Source of the DNA: Octopus vulgaris
Lineage: Eukaryota
Reading direction: 5' to 3'
DNA length: 64,000 nt
NCBI GenBank assembly: GCA_951406725.2
Contig: OX597815.1
Span: forward strand, 68,448,001-68,512,000
The notes beneath the pieces were generated by a model, which was not told where the DNA came from, made no database searches, and saw only the letters and a list, made by a program, of their open reading frames with translations. The position numbers were made by a program, and so were the translations under genes. Position 1 is the stretch's first letter, and every line of letters begins with the position of its first letter. This document shows, in pieces, positions 25,772 to 41,299 of the stretch.

Positions 25772-28729
25772 ATTTTTGTGTATATTTTATTTCTCCATTT
25801 TTATTTTTTTTAATATCATTTATGTATAATGTATGAATAAATGATGGTTTCAAACTTTGGCACAAAGCCACTGATTTTTTTAGTTTATATCATCAACCCC
25901 AGTACTCAACTAGTCCTATATTTTATTAACCCTGGCAGAATGAAAAGTAAAGTTGGCAGAATTTGCACTCAGAACAAGTCTCAAGAGAAATAACACTAAG
26001 CATTTTATTCAACACACTAATGATTCTGCCAGCTCACTGATTTAATCTAGATATTCATAATGCCAGTTATGTATAAATAATAATGATTCATTGAATCAAG
26101 TTGGACTGAAATATTTTTATAATTAATTATGTGGTGATTTGGCAAAGTCATTAGGACATCAGGTAAAATGCTTTGCATGATTTCTTCCAACTTTCTGCAC
26201 TCAGTTCAAATCCTGCAAAGGACTTTGATTTTTACCCTTTCAGGGTCAATAAAAAAATGTACCAATCCAGGATATTCGATTGGTGGAACTATAAGAATGT
26301 TAAACCTGATGCCTTGTGGTACTTGATCCAGTTGTTTGCATTTTGGATTCAAATCTCACCATTGCTTACTTCAGTAGTAGACTGTCACTTGATTTAACAC
26401 CACCACCTGGCACATTGGGTACATTTAGTTAACTCTGATGCAAGCATTCATTTCAAGGTTCTAGTTTGAAAATACCTTTCTCTCTCCTTCATTTTGGAGG
26501 CCCTGTAATGAATCATGGGCACTGCCTTCCCTCTTGACATTGTACAGAATCTAGCTCAGCAGCAGGTGTAACTGTGTTGTTTAGAGGTTCTCTTTCTAAA
26601 TGCATAGTTCTGTTCTTGATCCCACTGCCCTGCATCGTGGGCAAATGGCTTCTACTATATTCATAGATTGACCAGTACCTTGAGGCTGAAATTTATTACT
26701 AGACAGAAACCACAAGGATGTCCAATGTATATATGCATATGTATGTCTGTGTGTCTTTCAGCAAGGAAACCAAAAACAGTGCATTCAAATAATAATTATA
26801 ATCATCATCATCATCATTTAGTGTCCATGTTCCATACTAGCAAATTGGTTGGTTTGACAGGATTCAATTCCAAAGACTGTCATTCTCCAATGTCTACTTT
26901 GGCCAACCACTTCACAGAGTGTATTTTTGATGACACTAGCACTAGTGAGGTCACAAAGTAGCTTGCAAGGCTACAAACTCTAGGAGAGATGACTTTATGT
27001 TGGGAGATAAGCTGCCAGAGCAGACTTGGTTTATTTTTGTAGAGGAGCTAATGACTATTCACATTTTAGAAGAGCAGATGGGAGTGATTGAGCTGAATCT
27101 GAGAAAAATAAAAATAGTGGTGATAAGGACACTGAATGGACTCTTAAAGTAAAAGGTGAGTGGAAGAGAGTAAGGACAGGAGAAAAAGAATGTGGGTTAG
27201 AGGTTGCAAGAGTGTATGGGAGAAAGGAAATGGATGAAGGGGTGAGTGTAGTAATGAATGAAGCGTAAGTGTTGAGGGGTGGATGCAGTAAATGGTAAAT
27301 AAGGGATGGGGATGTAGAACAGCAGAATAGTAATGATGAGAAAGTAGATTGGAGACATGGTTGGATAGGTTACTAGAGTGAGGAAGTGAGGAGCAGGTGT
27401 AGTACATGGGGAAAGTACTTATTACCTGCGGTTTACATTATGAAGCACATAAAAAAAACTACACGCTTTTTTTTTTCTTTTTAAACTTTCTTTGTGCAGT
27501 CTGATCTTGAAAAATGGCAGCAAGAAATAACAAAATCAGAGGAGAATCTTGTGGATTATCATAGGCAAGTCAAAGTGCTGCAGAAAGAACTGGAAGAAAC
27601 CCATCGCAGTTGGAGTCAAACTCAGTGGGAGCTGGACAAAATTAAGCGGGAACATGATAAACTTGAGCATGCTTATATGGAGATCTCCAAGAAGTTGGCA
27701 GACAACAACATTGACCAAGAATCTGTGTCGGTAAGTAGAGAAATATTGGAAGAAAAAGAGAAATCTCTTCCACTGCTGCTTTTACAACTTTGATCCCATT
27801 TATTTGAAGTAGTGGGGAGATAGGAAATATCTTTGGTGGGAGTATTGAAATCATCATCTGTACTCTAACAGTCCTCTCTCTATCCTTTCTTTCTATCTAT
27901 CTCTCATTCCCTTCTCTCTCTCTCTCTATTCCTCCTTTCACTCTCTGTCCCTCTCCTCTATATATATATCCCTCTCTCTACATCTCTCTTTGTCCCTGTT
28001 CCCTCTCTTCCTTCCCCCTTTTCCTTCTCCCTTTCTCTCTCCTTTCCTCCCCTCTCTCTTCTTCCTCCTTTCTCTCCTTCCCCTCATTCCAGCCCTACTT
28101 TTCTCTTCCTGTATCCCTCCTTACATTTCCTGTTCCCCCACCCCCATTTCTCTTCATTTTCCCTCTCTTTCTTTCACTCTCTCTGTTATAATTTATGAAA
28201 CCCCATTACCTCTTCTCCTTCTCTCTCTCTTTCACTGTACTTTCTCTTCATCTCCCTGAATTATTCTATCCTACTCCACCAACTCTATTCTATTTCACCC
28301 ACCTTTCTCTCTCTCCTTCCCCTCCACCTATTTCCTCTTTGATGTTATAATACACTATCACAACCTCCCTTCCATCACTGTATCAGCATTACTTACACTT
28401 TAAACTGAACTTGATTCTTCACTGCATTCTGATATATCTGGTTCTTGCACAGTTTCTTTACATCACTGTTTCTGCCAAGAATCAGTCAGTAACCTAGGTG
28501 CCACAACTCAACTCAACTTGCTCTTCTACAAACTACTTCCTGCTCCCCTCCCCATGTCATTCGACTTGATTATTTCTCTTACCTTGTGTGTTTTCTCTGA
28601 ATACACCTGTGTGTGTGTATGTGTGTGTGTGTCACAAGCATGCAAACATCCTTATCGTATGTGAAATATATGTTCAATATGTGCATGCAAGTGTATATAT
28701 GTGCACATACGTTTGTGTGTGTGTGTATG

Positions 28730-28774
<45 letters not shown>

Positions 28775-28789
28775 TGTATGTGTGTGTGC

Positions 28790-28820
<31 letters not shown>

Positions 28821-31800
28821 TACATACATATGCGTGTATATATATACTCTCATACTAGTATGAAAATCAATGTTCAACACCTGAGTGAATATTTTACTTG
28901 TTTGGTGTGAAATGAAGCAATTATGGATCATCTGTCATTATTGATTCCAAGACTCCAATCTCTTCCTCTCCACTGAGCTCTTCCCAACCCTTCAAGTTTT
29001 GCTTTTAAGTCTTAGAGTTGATGGCTGGAGGAGCGCAGGAGTGGAGGAAGTGGAGTGGGGAAACTGTATTTTTTTTTACTGACAACCTAACACCTCTTGT
29101 ATCTAATTCTCATTACATTTCTCTATTAACATAACTAAAGTTTGAAATCTAAACTTTTAAGATATTACGTTCAGTAATTCCTCTGGTGTTTACTGTTGTG
29201 TTGTTGTTGGTGTTGGGTTTTAACGCATGCGTGCACTTCAAGGTTATTAAGAATGTACAGTGGAAAATGCAGGCACGTTTTGAGCTACCGTCTGCCCACA
29301 ATGTGGATGTAGGAGCCCTTTTGGATGCTTACCAGGTAATTTTTTAATGCCTTTATACGCACTCATAACTCGTATTCTTAGTAAATCTCTTGAAATAGTA
29401 TACGCTAGAAGTGTATCTCTTGTTGTTCTCAATCTTAACAATCTACAATGCTAGAGCTTATCTCCATTTCTGTAACCTTCATTGGATGTTTTACTTTTTC
29501 AAGGTACTCTGTTGGGTACCATTTCCACTCAGTCCCATCCACAACTTCTCCCTCTTCTCCTGCCACCCTCACTGTTTCTCACTTCTTAGAACTAACCGTC
29601 TGACATTCCTTCCTCATTCAAACTTTTCCTAGAAACATTGACTTGCAAATGTTAAAGATGAACATTAACAACACCAAATTCCCACCACCACCACCTCCAA
29701 CAACACTAACTGAGCCTGTGAACATCATTAGTATGGCTCCTCTTCCCCTGTCTAACTTATTTTAATCCTTTTGGTACCAGCCTAACTAAGACTGCTTCTG
29801 CTTCATTGATACAAACTTTCTGCTTTAAAATGATCTAAATTAAAACGATAAAATGTGTGTCCTTCTGTCTCTCCAAGAAATCATCATTATTATTATTATT
29901 ATAATTATTATTATTATTGCTTTTGTTGTTATTTTTATGAAAATTTATCTTGACTATGTTCTGAGTTCAAATAATGAAGTCAGCTCATTGATTTAGCATG
30001 CAAAGTGGTTGAGTATTCCACAGACATAGGTAACCTGGGGGGGGCGGTAATTCTCCGGTAGAATCACTATGACACATGTGTGACAAGACTGGAACTTTGA
30101 ATTACTGTTGCAATCCACCCAACAGGCTTCCATACAGTTTTCGTCCACCAAGGTTTTCTCACAAGATTTGGCTTGATCTAAGGCTGTGGTATAGGCACTT
30201 ATCAAACATGTTATGTTGCGGGATTGAACGCAGAACCTTTTGGTTGTAAAATAAACTTGTTAACCATTCAGCCATGCCTGTCTGCATCAACAGTCAAATG
30301 TGGGTTAAAAATTATTAGAAATTATTATTATTACTATTATTATTATTATTATTATGAGCTGACAGAATAATTAGTGCATCGAACAAGATACTGAACAGCA
30401 TTTCTTTCCACACTTCATGTTCTTTGTTCAAATCCTGCCATGGTGAACTTTGCCTTTTGTCCTTTTTGGGGTTGTAAGTAAAGTACCAGTTAAATATACT
30501 GGTATTAATGTAATCCATTTCCACTACCACCACCCCCAAAATTGCTGTCCTGCCAAAAATTGAAACAATTATTATTATGATTATCATCATCACTAGCATC
30601 AAAGGTGTAGAGCTGGCAAAGTCAGCTGAGCATCAGAAAAATGCCATAGGTTATTTCCTCTAGTGCTTTACATTCTGAGTTCAAATACCAGTGAGTAACT
30701 TTGTCTTTCATCCTCTCAGGGATGACAAAATTAAGTTCCAGTTAAGTATTGAAATCAGTGATATAGACTAACCCCAACCACACCTCCTCCACAAAATTGC
30801 TGACTTTGTGCCTAAATCCCAAACCATTATTATTGTTATTAAAACTACTACTTGAAATCCTATAGGAATGTTTAAGTAATTTATTATACGTAGTTAAAAA
30901 CTATAGTGATACAGAAAATAGTTAATTGCAAAGTAATGGTACAGTAGCAGCTTATTAGTAGTTTTCTTTGGTGTAAACCATGTTGGTCAGAATGGTCTCC
31001 CATGAGAGAGATGGTGGGGTTTGGAGCAGATTGGTAGTTACTATCATTTCTGGAGTATAACGTGTTGCATGCCCAACCCCGATGTAAAGAATGAAATGCT
31101 GTAGTTAATCTGTTGTTTCCATTTACATTGAATATGCTTTTAAAAGTACTTGCTTGAGATATTATTTTGTCAAACCCAGACAGGAAAAAGATAAAGTTAA
31201 CTTTGGCAGGATTAGAACTCAGAAACTAAAGTGAAGTATTTTAAATGTTGCAAGCATTTTGTCTGCTTCTTTATATTCTGAGTTCAGATCCTACCAAAGT
31301 CAAGTTTGCCTTTCATCTCTCTGAGGTCGATGAAATAAAGTACCAATCAAGTACTGAGGTCATTAGAACCAACTAATCCCCTCCCTCTAGCCTTGTGCCT
31401 GAATTACAAACAGAAATTTTGTCCAGAATTCTAACAATTCTGCCTAAAGTGACTATATCTCTGAGAAAGTGTTTGAACATTCAATGGTTTCTTAAAATAA
31501 CAAATACCCTGCAGTAGCCTCTTTAATTAATAGGCAGCAGATAACTTAAGGATTAAAGAGGAGAATACCATCTCATCACTGTCATCGAAGTTGCATAGTG
31601 TGTATTTACTATTGCTGCCTCCATAGCAGCTGTTATTTGCTGCTGAAATTACATATATACAGAAAATAATATTGATCTATTATTGATGGCAACTTGATTC
31701 ATAAGTTTGTCAAGACACAGCCACATGTCATCATGGCTTTGGTAACAAAATTTCATCTGAAAACTCCTAAACTCTAGTTGCATGGAAGTAGTATAGAGAT

Positions 31801-34800
31801 TTTTTTTTTTCTCTCCTATTAACTTTGATAACAACCTGCCTCAAATCACCTCTGGTACTAAGATGCAAACTTCCCATTTAAAGTGATCTAAATTAAATCT
31901 TGCATCAAAATTTATTGTTAAATCTTTTTCAAACACCATCTTGATAATGACATGGTTATTTATTAAATTCTACATTATTTCCAAAATTTATTGGAAAAGT
32001 ACAGACATGACTCTGCGTTTAAGAGGTTCGCTTCCCAACCACATAGTAAATTTGGGTTCAGTTCCACTGCATGGTATCATGAGCAAATCTCTTCTGCTTT
32101 AGCCTCAGCCTGACCAAAATCTTGCAAGTGGATTTTGTGAACAGAAACTAAAGGAAACCCATCATGTGCATTGGAGAAGGGTGTCTCCCCACTTCAACAT
32201 AGTGTCATAGCTGTAAAAATGGGTCTCTGACATAAAAGTAGTGTCATTTATTTCTAGTATTTTGGATAAGCATATCTGGGCATAGGGTAATATTACCTTC
32301 CTTGAAAACAGGCAAATGTTGGTGACAAGAAAGGCATCCAGCTGTAGAAAATTTGCCTCAATAAAATTCTGTCAACCATTGAATGCAAGTATGAAAAAGT
32401 GGACATTAAAACAGCAATGAGGAGGAGGAAAGGTGGTTATTTCATCAGAGGTATGGTAACAAAAAGGTTAAGAGAGACTGATATATAATCTTCATTTGAA
32501 TCAAGTTAACTAATTAATGAAACTATAAGAAAGATAAATTACGTGTGTTACTTGCATTGTTAGACACAGAATTAAGTTTAAAAGTCCGCTCGTGTTCGTT
32601 GCCAGCCTCGGCTGGCCCCGTGCCGGTGACACGTAAAAGCACCATCCGTTCGTGGCCGTTGTGCCAGCTCTGTCTGGCACCTGTGCAGGTGGCACGTAAA
32701 AAGCACCCACTACACTCGCGGAGTGGTTGGCGTTAGGAAGGGCATCCAGCCGTAGAAACACTGCCAAATCTGACTGGGCCTGATGAAACCTTCCGGCTTC
32801 ACAGACCCCAGTTAAACCGTCCAACCCATGCTAGCATGGAAAATGGACGCTAAAGGATGATGATGATGAGAAAGATAGAAAAAAAAGTATTTTTAGCTTT
32901 GTTCCAGAATAGTTTTGAAGTTATATCCTCCTCAGAAAACATGTGAAAGCCAACAACCAAAAGATTGTGATTGAATCCCAATCACATCTTAAGACCTCGG
33001 TGAATTTAAAACCAAACATGCTGTCTTAGTCTATTTATCTATATTTTTTTCCATTTACAGAACAAATCATCTTATAGTGCATTATAGCCATTGCAATTAA
33101 GATATGAGGAAAATTAGGAAACACATCATAAAGCATAGGAATTATGTTTGAAGAAGTGGGTCCCTTTACTTGGGTTGAGAACATTCAAGCTTTTTGTTGT
33201 TGGTGTTGCACAAAAACCATCTTCAGTACACTCTGTAAAGTGTAAGGTTGTGAGGAAGCATTAATCTTGTCAAAGATATGGCTACCTCTTTAGTGTTGGT
33301 GCCACAAAGAAAGCACTGAATACATTTGTCTATAAAATGATTATGCTAGGTTAGACATCTAGCAGTAGAAACCATGCAAGATGAAGTCCTTTGACCTGTC
33401 TAGGTGAGTTGTATCCTTGAATACATGCTGACTGACTGTAGACATAAACTGATGAAGATGAATATAGTCTAAAAGATATAACTGCTTAAGAAAACAAACT
33501 GGTATTAACATGTGAAAGTATTCCTATGTTGATTTAGATGGCTGTGATCAAGTTTACTGTTCCATAATGTAATATTACATAACATCTAACTGAAGAAGCT
33601 AATAACATTGATTGGTGCCTGAGAAAACTATTGATGTTACACATATATTTGGTGGGTTCTGTGGCAGACTGAAATATGACCTTATATTCTACAACATATA
33701 TCACTTAAGATGTTTGCTGCTAGTTATTCTCTCTCTCTCTCTCTCTCTCTCTCCCCCCCCCTGCACTAGTTTCACATCAAACACTGATGGTAAAAAAAAG
33801 AAATTCAATACACATTGCTACATATCTAATCATTTGTTCTAAACTTTTCTTCATCTTGTTCATTCATTTCTCAGTTTTTCCATGTTAACATAGGGTAGAC
33901 AAGGGCACTATTTAGGGGTGATGATTTATGGTTTACTTTTTCCTAGTAACATGTTTCAAAGTAAATCTTGTCTCATACATCTAGTAACTCTTTCTCAAAG
34001 TGGTTCAAGTGCAGCTATGTGTTTAAGAACTTTAGTTTGGGGTTCAATTCCTCAGAGTAACAATTTGGGCAAGTGTCTACTTCTATAGTTGTGAGCCAGT
34101 CAAAGCTTGGTGAGTGGTTTTGGTAGGTGGAAACAAAGAAACCTGTTGTATATGTATGTATGTATTATATGTTTGTATGTGTGGATGTGTTTCTATTTGT
34201 GTCTCCTTGCCTTGAATTGTATAATAGTTGTGAACGATTGTTACTCTCAGAGCAGCAATGTCATTCATTACCAATATTCTATGAAAGCATGTCTAGACAT
34301 GAAGAAATATTACCTTACTTGAAAATAGATGGGAGTTAGTGATAGGAAAGGCATCCGGCTATAGAAGATATGCTTGAATAAACTGACTCATGCAAGCATA
34401 GAAAAATGGACATTGAAATGACACTGATAATGAAGAAATTATTCTCTTGTAGAAAATATTCACTAGATACAATATATGTAAGACCCTTTGTGTTAGCCCT
34501 AAAACACCAACTGTAAGATTAACCTATGAATATTGTTGACCCTCACCAAAATACTCTCTGCAACTTTTATTGACCTTAAAAGAAATACAGTCAGCTTCTT
34601 GCTTCAACTTTAAATGAGATACTTATGTACAAGTATATCCAGCCAACACTGATGAATGATTCTAGCTTAACCCTTTCGTTACCAAACCGCCCAAAGCCGC
34701 CCGAATTTACCTATTCATATTTAAATGAGAATATCAGAGCAAATCTCTTTAGTACATTCGTGAAAACACCTATTATACTTCGTAAACAGTTCAACTACAG

Positions 34801-37800
34801 TTTTGTACAATAATCGAAGTGTAATTTTAATTCCGTGAATTTTGGGAGATTTTTTTCCAAAATTTGTTCCTATTGTGTTTTCAAAATTTGTAATTCTGAC
34901 AAAAAATGGATACGAATTTCATTATATCAAGCAGCGAGTCAGAATTCGAAGGATTTTCTACTGAAGACCTTCATAAATCTAACTCTATGACTGAAAAAAA
35001 AAAGCACGTGGTATTTGATAATGAATCTGATGTTTCATTTTCCGAAAGTGAAAACAGTGAATCCGAGATCTCCGACAGCGATAAAGAAAATGAATTGGCA
35101 CCTGAATGGAGTGAAAATTTTAAAACTGTTTCTTTCGGTGATTTTTCTGAAGAAACTGGACCAAGCCACAGACTTTCCCAGGAGAGTAAAGCCTTAGACT
35201 ATTTCTTTTTACTTTTTCGAATGAGCCTATTTGAAATCATTACGGCGGAAACGAACCGTTATGCTAAACGTAAACAAAGCGAAAGAAACGATAGTTTGTG
35301 GTTTCCCACAACCTTAAATGAAATTAAGACTATTTTGCCATAAATATTATTATGGGTATCAGAAAGTTACCCAGAATAACAAATTCTATCGTAAAATTTT
35401 GTTGTATACCCAATTGAATATTAGCTAATAACCCATTTTCTATAGCGATGTTTGAACAAAATTTTAATAATTTTATATTTTGTTGAATTTACCTGTATCT
35501 ACCTGCAATTAGAGTCACTCTGTGACAAAAATTATAGTATAGAATTGGTTGAGAATATTTCATTAAATTATCTTCCAAAAATCAGATTAATATATTGATA
35601 AATAAAAAAGTTATAGTTATTTAATGAAACCAGACTAAATTTATGATTACGTTAGAAATTAATTGAAACACATAAGGGGTGTATTTTGGTCAGAAATATA
35701 GTAACAAAAGGGTTAATGATATACACTATGCTGGCTGCATGGTTTAGAAGTTACCCTCACTACCACTTAGTTTTGGGTTCAGTTCCACTGTGCAACGCTT
35801 TGGGCAAGTATCTTCTGTAGCCTTGTCAGTGAATTTGTTAATTGTGCAGATTCTTGTTCGCGTGTGTGTGTTCACATTTGTATGTGTTTGTTTACTGGAA
35901 TTTATTCTATCAGTCTCTTTTTGCCCAAAAAAAGTCACTGATCAAATAAGCTCCAAACTTTAAAAATATATATATGCAAGTACCAAGATTCATTGTATTG
36001 ACTAAACCTTTCAAGGTTGTGCCCCAGCATGGCCACGCTCAAATGATAAAAACAAGTAAAAAATAAATGAAAAGAATCTATTTGTACTAACATGTATTAC
36101 ACAGATGATGCTTCTTTTTTTATTTTATTTTCCATTTTTAATTCATTTCAGAGCCTTCAAACAACTAACTCACACTTGTTAAATGAAGTGAAATTATATA
36201 AATCCAAAGAAGAAAAGGCTGTCCGAACATACAGAGTAAGTTATGGATTCATTATTATAATAGATGTATATAATTAAAACATTTCTGGGAACTGATTGCT
36301 AGAAATCATTGCTATAATGTTTTGTGTATTATTATTATTAAGGCAGTGAGAAGTACCAGTTAGGGCACTATGGTTAATGAAAGTGATGAGTCCCTTCTCC
36401 TCAAATTTCAAGCTTTGTGCCTATAGTAGAAAGAAAAAGATTATTATGAAGCAGCAAGCTAGCAAAATCATTAGAATGTCTGATGAAATGCTTTACAGCA
36501 TTTCTTCCAGCACTTTGCATTCTGAGTTCAAATGTCACTGAAGTTTACTTTGCTTTATAATCTTTCAGGGTTGATAAAATAGAGTACCAATCAAGTACTG
36601 GGGTCAATATAATTAACTTGCACCCTCCTCTCAAAATTGCTGGTCTTGTGCCAATGTTAGAAAAAACTATTATTACAGCAACAAGTTGGCAGAACCACTA
36701 ATGCATTGGACAAAATACTTACCAGCACTTCCTCCATCTCTTTATGTTCAGAGTTTAAATTCTGCTGAGGTCAACTTTGTCTTTCATCCATCCAGGATTG
36801 ATAAAATAAAGAACCAGTCAACTGCTGTGGTCAGTAGTATCAACTAACACCCTTCACTTAGAATTGCTGGCCTTGTATCAAAATGTGAAACCTTTACTAT
36901 TATTAATAAAGCAGTGAGCTGGCAGCATTTTTCCCACACTGGACAAAATGCTTTGAGTATTTCTTCCAGCTCATTCAGGTCAACTTTCATCCTTTCAGGA
37001 TTGATAAATTGAGTACTAGTCAAGTACTGGGGGTAACGTAATCAACTAGCCCCTTCTCCAGTTGAGTACTGGGGTCAGTGTAATTGAGTAGTCCCTCCTC
37101 ATGAAATTGCTGGCTTGTACCTAAATTTGAAACAACTTAATGGCAGCAAGCTGACAGAATCTTTACGACATCAGACAAAATGCTTAGCAACATTTCTGAC
37201 TTTATATTGTATTCAGATGTCACTGAGGGCAGCTTTACCTTTCGTTCTTGAGGTATGAGAGTAAAAACAGTACCATTAGTATATTGGAGCATTAGGCATG
37301 GTTTAAAAAAATCTCGAAACAAACATAGACACCATGCCAGAACTCAAAAAACTACATACTGCCCCAAAAATAGCTCTTCTAGGAACAGTCTGCATCTTGC
37401 ACAAGGCAATATTAATTCAATAGAATAACTCTTCACGCACAACACACACCCTACACAACAAGCATCTAATAATCCAAAACAATTCAACTTGCACAACATA
37501 TACTGTACAAGATTAAAGCTCAATAAAATAAAATAATACAATTCACATTACACACAGTAACATAACAAGACAAATTAAAGCCCTAACAGAACAAACTGGT
37601 GCAGTACACCACCAGGAGGAGTCTGCACTGTGATCCCCACAAAAATAAGAATGCTGCACATTCATCAGAAACATGGTGGTGCCACAAATTCATATGAAAC
37701 TACCAAAGAAAAACTGTTCATAATGCTAACAATGATAATAATCCATTATATGCAATAGAAGCAGTATTCAATTTAAAATGCCATCTCTGTATCACACTTC

Positions 37801-40796
37801 ATGTAAATACTTCCTTGAAAGGCAAATTTACCGTGGTATTTATCCAGAGATAACATCTCTTATGGACATACTTTGTTCAAAAACATATTAGGAGGACATG
37901 AAAATTGTTCTAGTAGCAGCTAGTGAGAATGTCAAATGCATTTTGGTTTCATTCAACAGTGTCTACTTACAGCCGACCACATACCTAGATGATTGTCGCC
38001 TCTATTATATAGGAAAATAGTGAAATATGTGTTTGAAGATGTCTGGTTTGTGGTTCCCTTGTCTTCACATTGTATGTTAGTTGTAACCAAGCAACTCCTT
38101 ACAAGTAGTGCCATTTGTTTCCAGTTTTGCACGAAACTACATGCAGTCATAGGAAAATATTACTTTGTTTAGGAACAGGTGAAGGTTGGTGATAGGAAGG
38201 GACATTTGGCCACAAAACTCTACCCTAGTGTATTATGTTGGACCCATGCATGCATGGAAAAATGGATGTTGGAACAAAAATGATGGTGTTATATTCGATG
38301 CATTTTATAGGAATATGAGGACAAATACAAGCATTCCGAGAAAGAGAAGCATTCTATAAATATGGAACGGCAATCTCTGCTACATGAAATTCAAGACCTT
38401 CAGCATCAGTGTGATATGGAAAGAAGGGTGTGTATACTTTTATGCTGCTTCCACTATATTGAATAAAAGCACAACAAATTATTACATGTATTATTTAGTG
38501 ACCTATCAAGACACCTATAACCTATTTGTATATTTGTGTTGTTGACAGGCTGCAGACAACCTGAAATCTGTGTGTAAAGAACTGGAACTCCAAGTCATTG
38601 ACTATGAGGGTATTATTAAACAATATGAACAAAAAGAATCTGACTGGACTACAATAAGGTATTTGCTTCTCTTTAATTTTTAACTATTTGCCTTCATAGT
38701 TCTTAGTTATCTTCCCTGGACCAATCCATTTAATTCTTTTTTTATGAGTAACCAGTGTTGTAATGTACACAGCTGTAATAAACACAGGCATAGCTGTGTA
38801 GTTTAGCAGTTTCTTCCATAACCGTGGTGTTTCAGGTTCATTCCTAATGCCTGGTACTTTAAAGTGGGTGTCTTCTAGTATGGCCTGAGACCAGCCAATG
38901 GCTTGTGAATGAATTTGTTATCTGGTAGGTAGAAGCTGCAGCAAGCCCATCAGCATCATCCATGTGTGTTTGTGTGAATGTTGATGTTTTAAACTCGTCA
39001 CTACATGAGCAAAGCAGTGATGATTGTTGACACTCTTTGTTGACATGATGACTGGTTGCTCTCTGTCCTTTCAAAAGCCTGTGAAATAAAAATAACTCTT
39101 ACTCAAAACGTAAGGTTCAGTCACAAGAACATCTAGTTGTAGAATCTAGCTTTGAATAATTCCTCAAATAACCAATGCTAGAATAGAAAAATTGGTGTTA
39201 AACAAGCAAACATTGTTATGTATGATAGTGCAACTATACTATAATGGAGAAAGTTACTTATTAATTAGGTATGTAACAATTACTAAAAGAAAGCAATATT
39301 AAAAGCTTGACCATCTGGGAATATTTTTATAAATTCATGTTCTAAGAAATTTCCTATGATTTCGATTTCTGAAGTTTATTGAATTTTTTTTAAACTCCAA
39401 ATTCTCACAAATTTAAATATTCATTACATTCACTGTGTCCAATTCTTCATAAATTTAAATATTCATTGCATTCACTGTGGAGTAGATTTTAATGTTTAAT
39501 AATAAACAATATTAATTCATTGCAGGCAAGATTTTACATTTCTATTTGCAAGAGTTTCTCATTCTTGCTCGCCTCTATTTTCATTAATGATAATTTAATA
39601 ATAGCTATATAACTTTCATACAAGGCACAATTTCAAGAATATCTTCAGTTTCTGGAGTTAAATGAATATTTTTGATAAAATGAAAATTCTTTAATATACC
39701 AGTATAATTTTTTTTTTTTTTATGAAGAAGTGACTTGGCTTGTGATTGCAAAGGAGTAATTCACTTTGAATTGTTACCACCTAATGCAACAATCTCAAGT
39801 CTACTGTCAGCAATTAGAGGGTTTGAACCAAGCTTTGAAGAAAAAAAAAGTGAATTGAAAAGGAGTGATGTTTCATGAGGACAATGCGCGACCCCACATT
39901 GCAAAGATCACATCACAGAAGATCTAATAGCTTGGAATGACCTGATACATATAAATTTCTATGATGTCCATTAGTTAGTTTGTCACACCCTCCATAATAC
40001 CATATTATAGGTTTGACTCTCTGGAAAATTTTTATAAATTCTTCTGTTGATATATATCGATAAAAAGGCACTTTCAAAGCATCTGTTATTATTTACTATC
40101 ACAAATTTAAATATTTGTTGCCAAGTTTTACATTCACTGCTGAGAAGGTTTTAACATTTGATAAACTATTATGTTCTGGCAAAATTTTTCGTTTTCATTT
40201 GCAACACAGTCTCTCACTTTCTCTCTCTCCTACTTCGAATTGTTTTCATTAATAATAATGTACTTTATATATATTCATTGCAATTTTTTTCATTTCAAGT
40301 TTTATTTCATTATTTCAGATGAGAAATCAGGTATTTTGTTGACTTAAATTTGCTGCGTAAATGCCTTCAGTTTATTGTTTATATATATACTGAAAATAAA
40401 TTATATTGGGCAACTTATTAAAACTTACTAAAGCTTTGAATTCATGTGACTTATTTCCTTTCCATCGTTATCTAAGAATTAGCAAGTGAATTTGTTGCTA
40501 TGGCTATTTGATACGTTATAGGTATTAAAATATATCTATGTGATCGCTGCTATTTTTTGGCACATTAAACATAGTTGGACTACCTTGATGTTTGTTTAAA
40601 AAAGCGAGATTATGACTGATAAAATAATGAAAGCAATATTTACTAAGCAAGTGAGCACTACAATACAAGAAAATATCCTAAAAATGATTAGCATTAGGAA
40701 TCAAATGTGGAAATATGAATAATACCAACAAAATAGATATACATGTTCATAGATGAGTCGAATTTCTGAAACCTTATTGCAGTTTCATTCTTTATC

Positions 40797-40829
<33 letters not shown>

Positions 40830-41203
40830 TCGTCAACATTTTCACTAATTCTAATAAAGAATGTTTACAATTTTTACATTTATACATACCACTTAGCTAA
40901 TTTTTGCTTAAATTATACTTGTTATGCTCTAGGGATTCGCTACCATGTATTTTTCCATTAGAATATACATGTAATTTTAGAATTAGGTCAGTCCTATTAT
41001 GTAGCACTTTGGGCCAGCCAATGCTTTGTAAGAGAATTGGCTCAACAGAAACTTTTCAAAGCCTCTTTGTGTGTTTGTTTATGTGTGTTCTAGGTATGAC
41101 TTTAAATTGCATGTGATATTAGGACTCTGGTTCAGGAGTTCCTGTATTTTTGTGGAGTATGGAAATTTGTAGCCTCCATTGTACCTTCCTCTCTTTTTCT
41201 GTG

Positions 41204-41299
<96 letters not shown>

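Noticed and set aside
28579-28931. YIYIYI/CVCV ORFs (also at 41119, 43068 and 51418)
   Set aside because: Translations of microsatellites
40748-40790. agatgagtcgaatttctgaaac as a hammerhead
   Set aside because: Core and stem II are too degenerate to support the call
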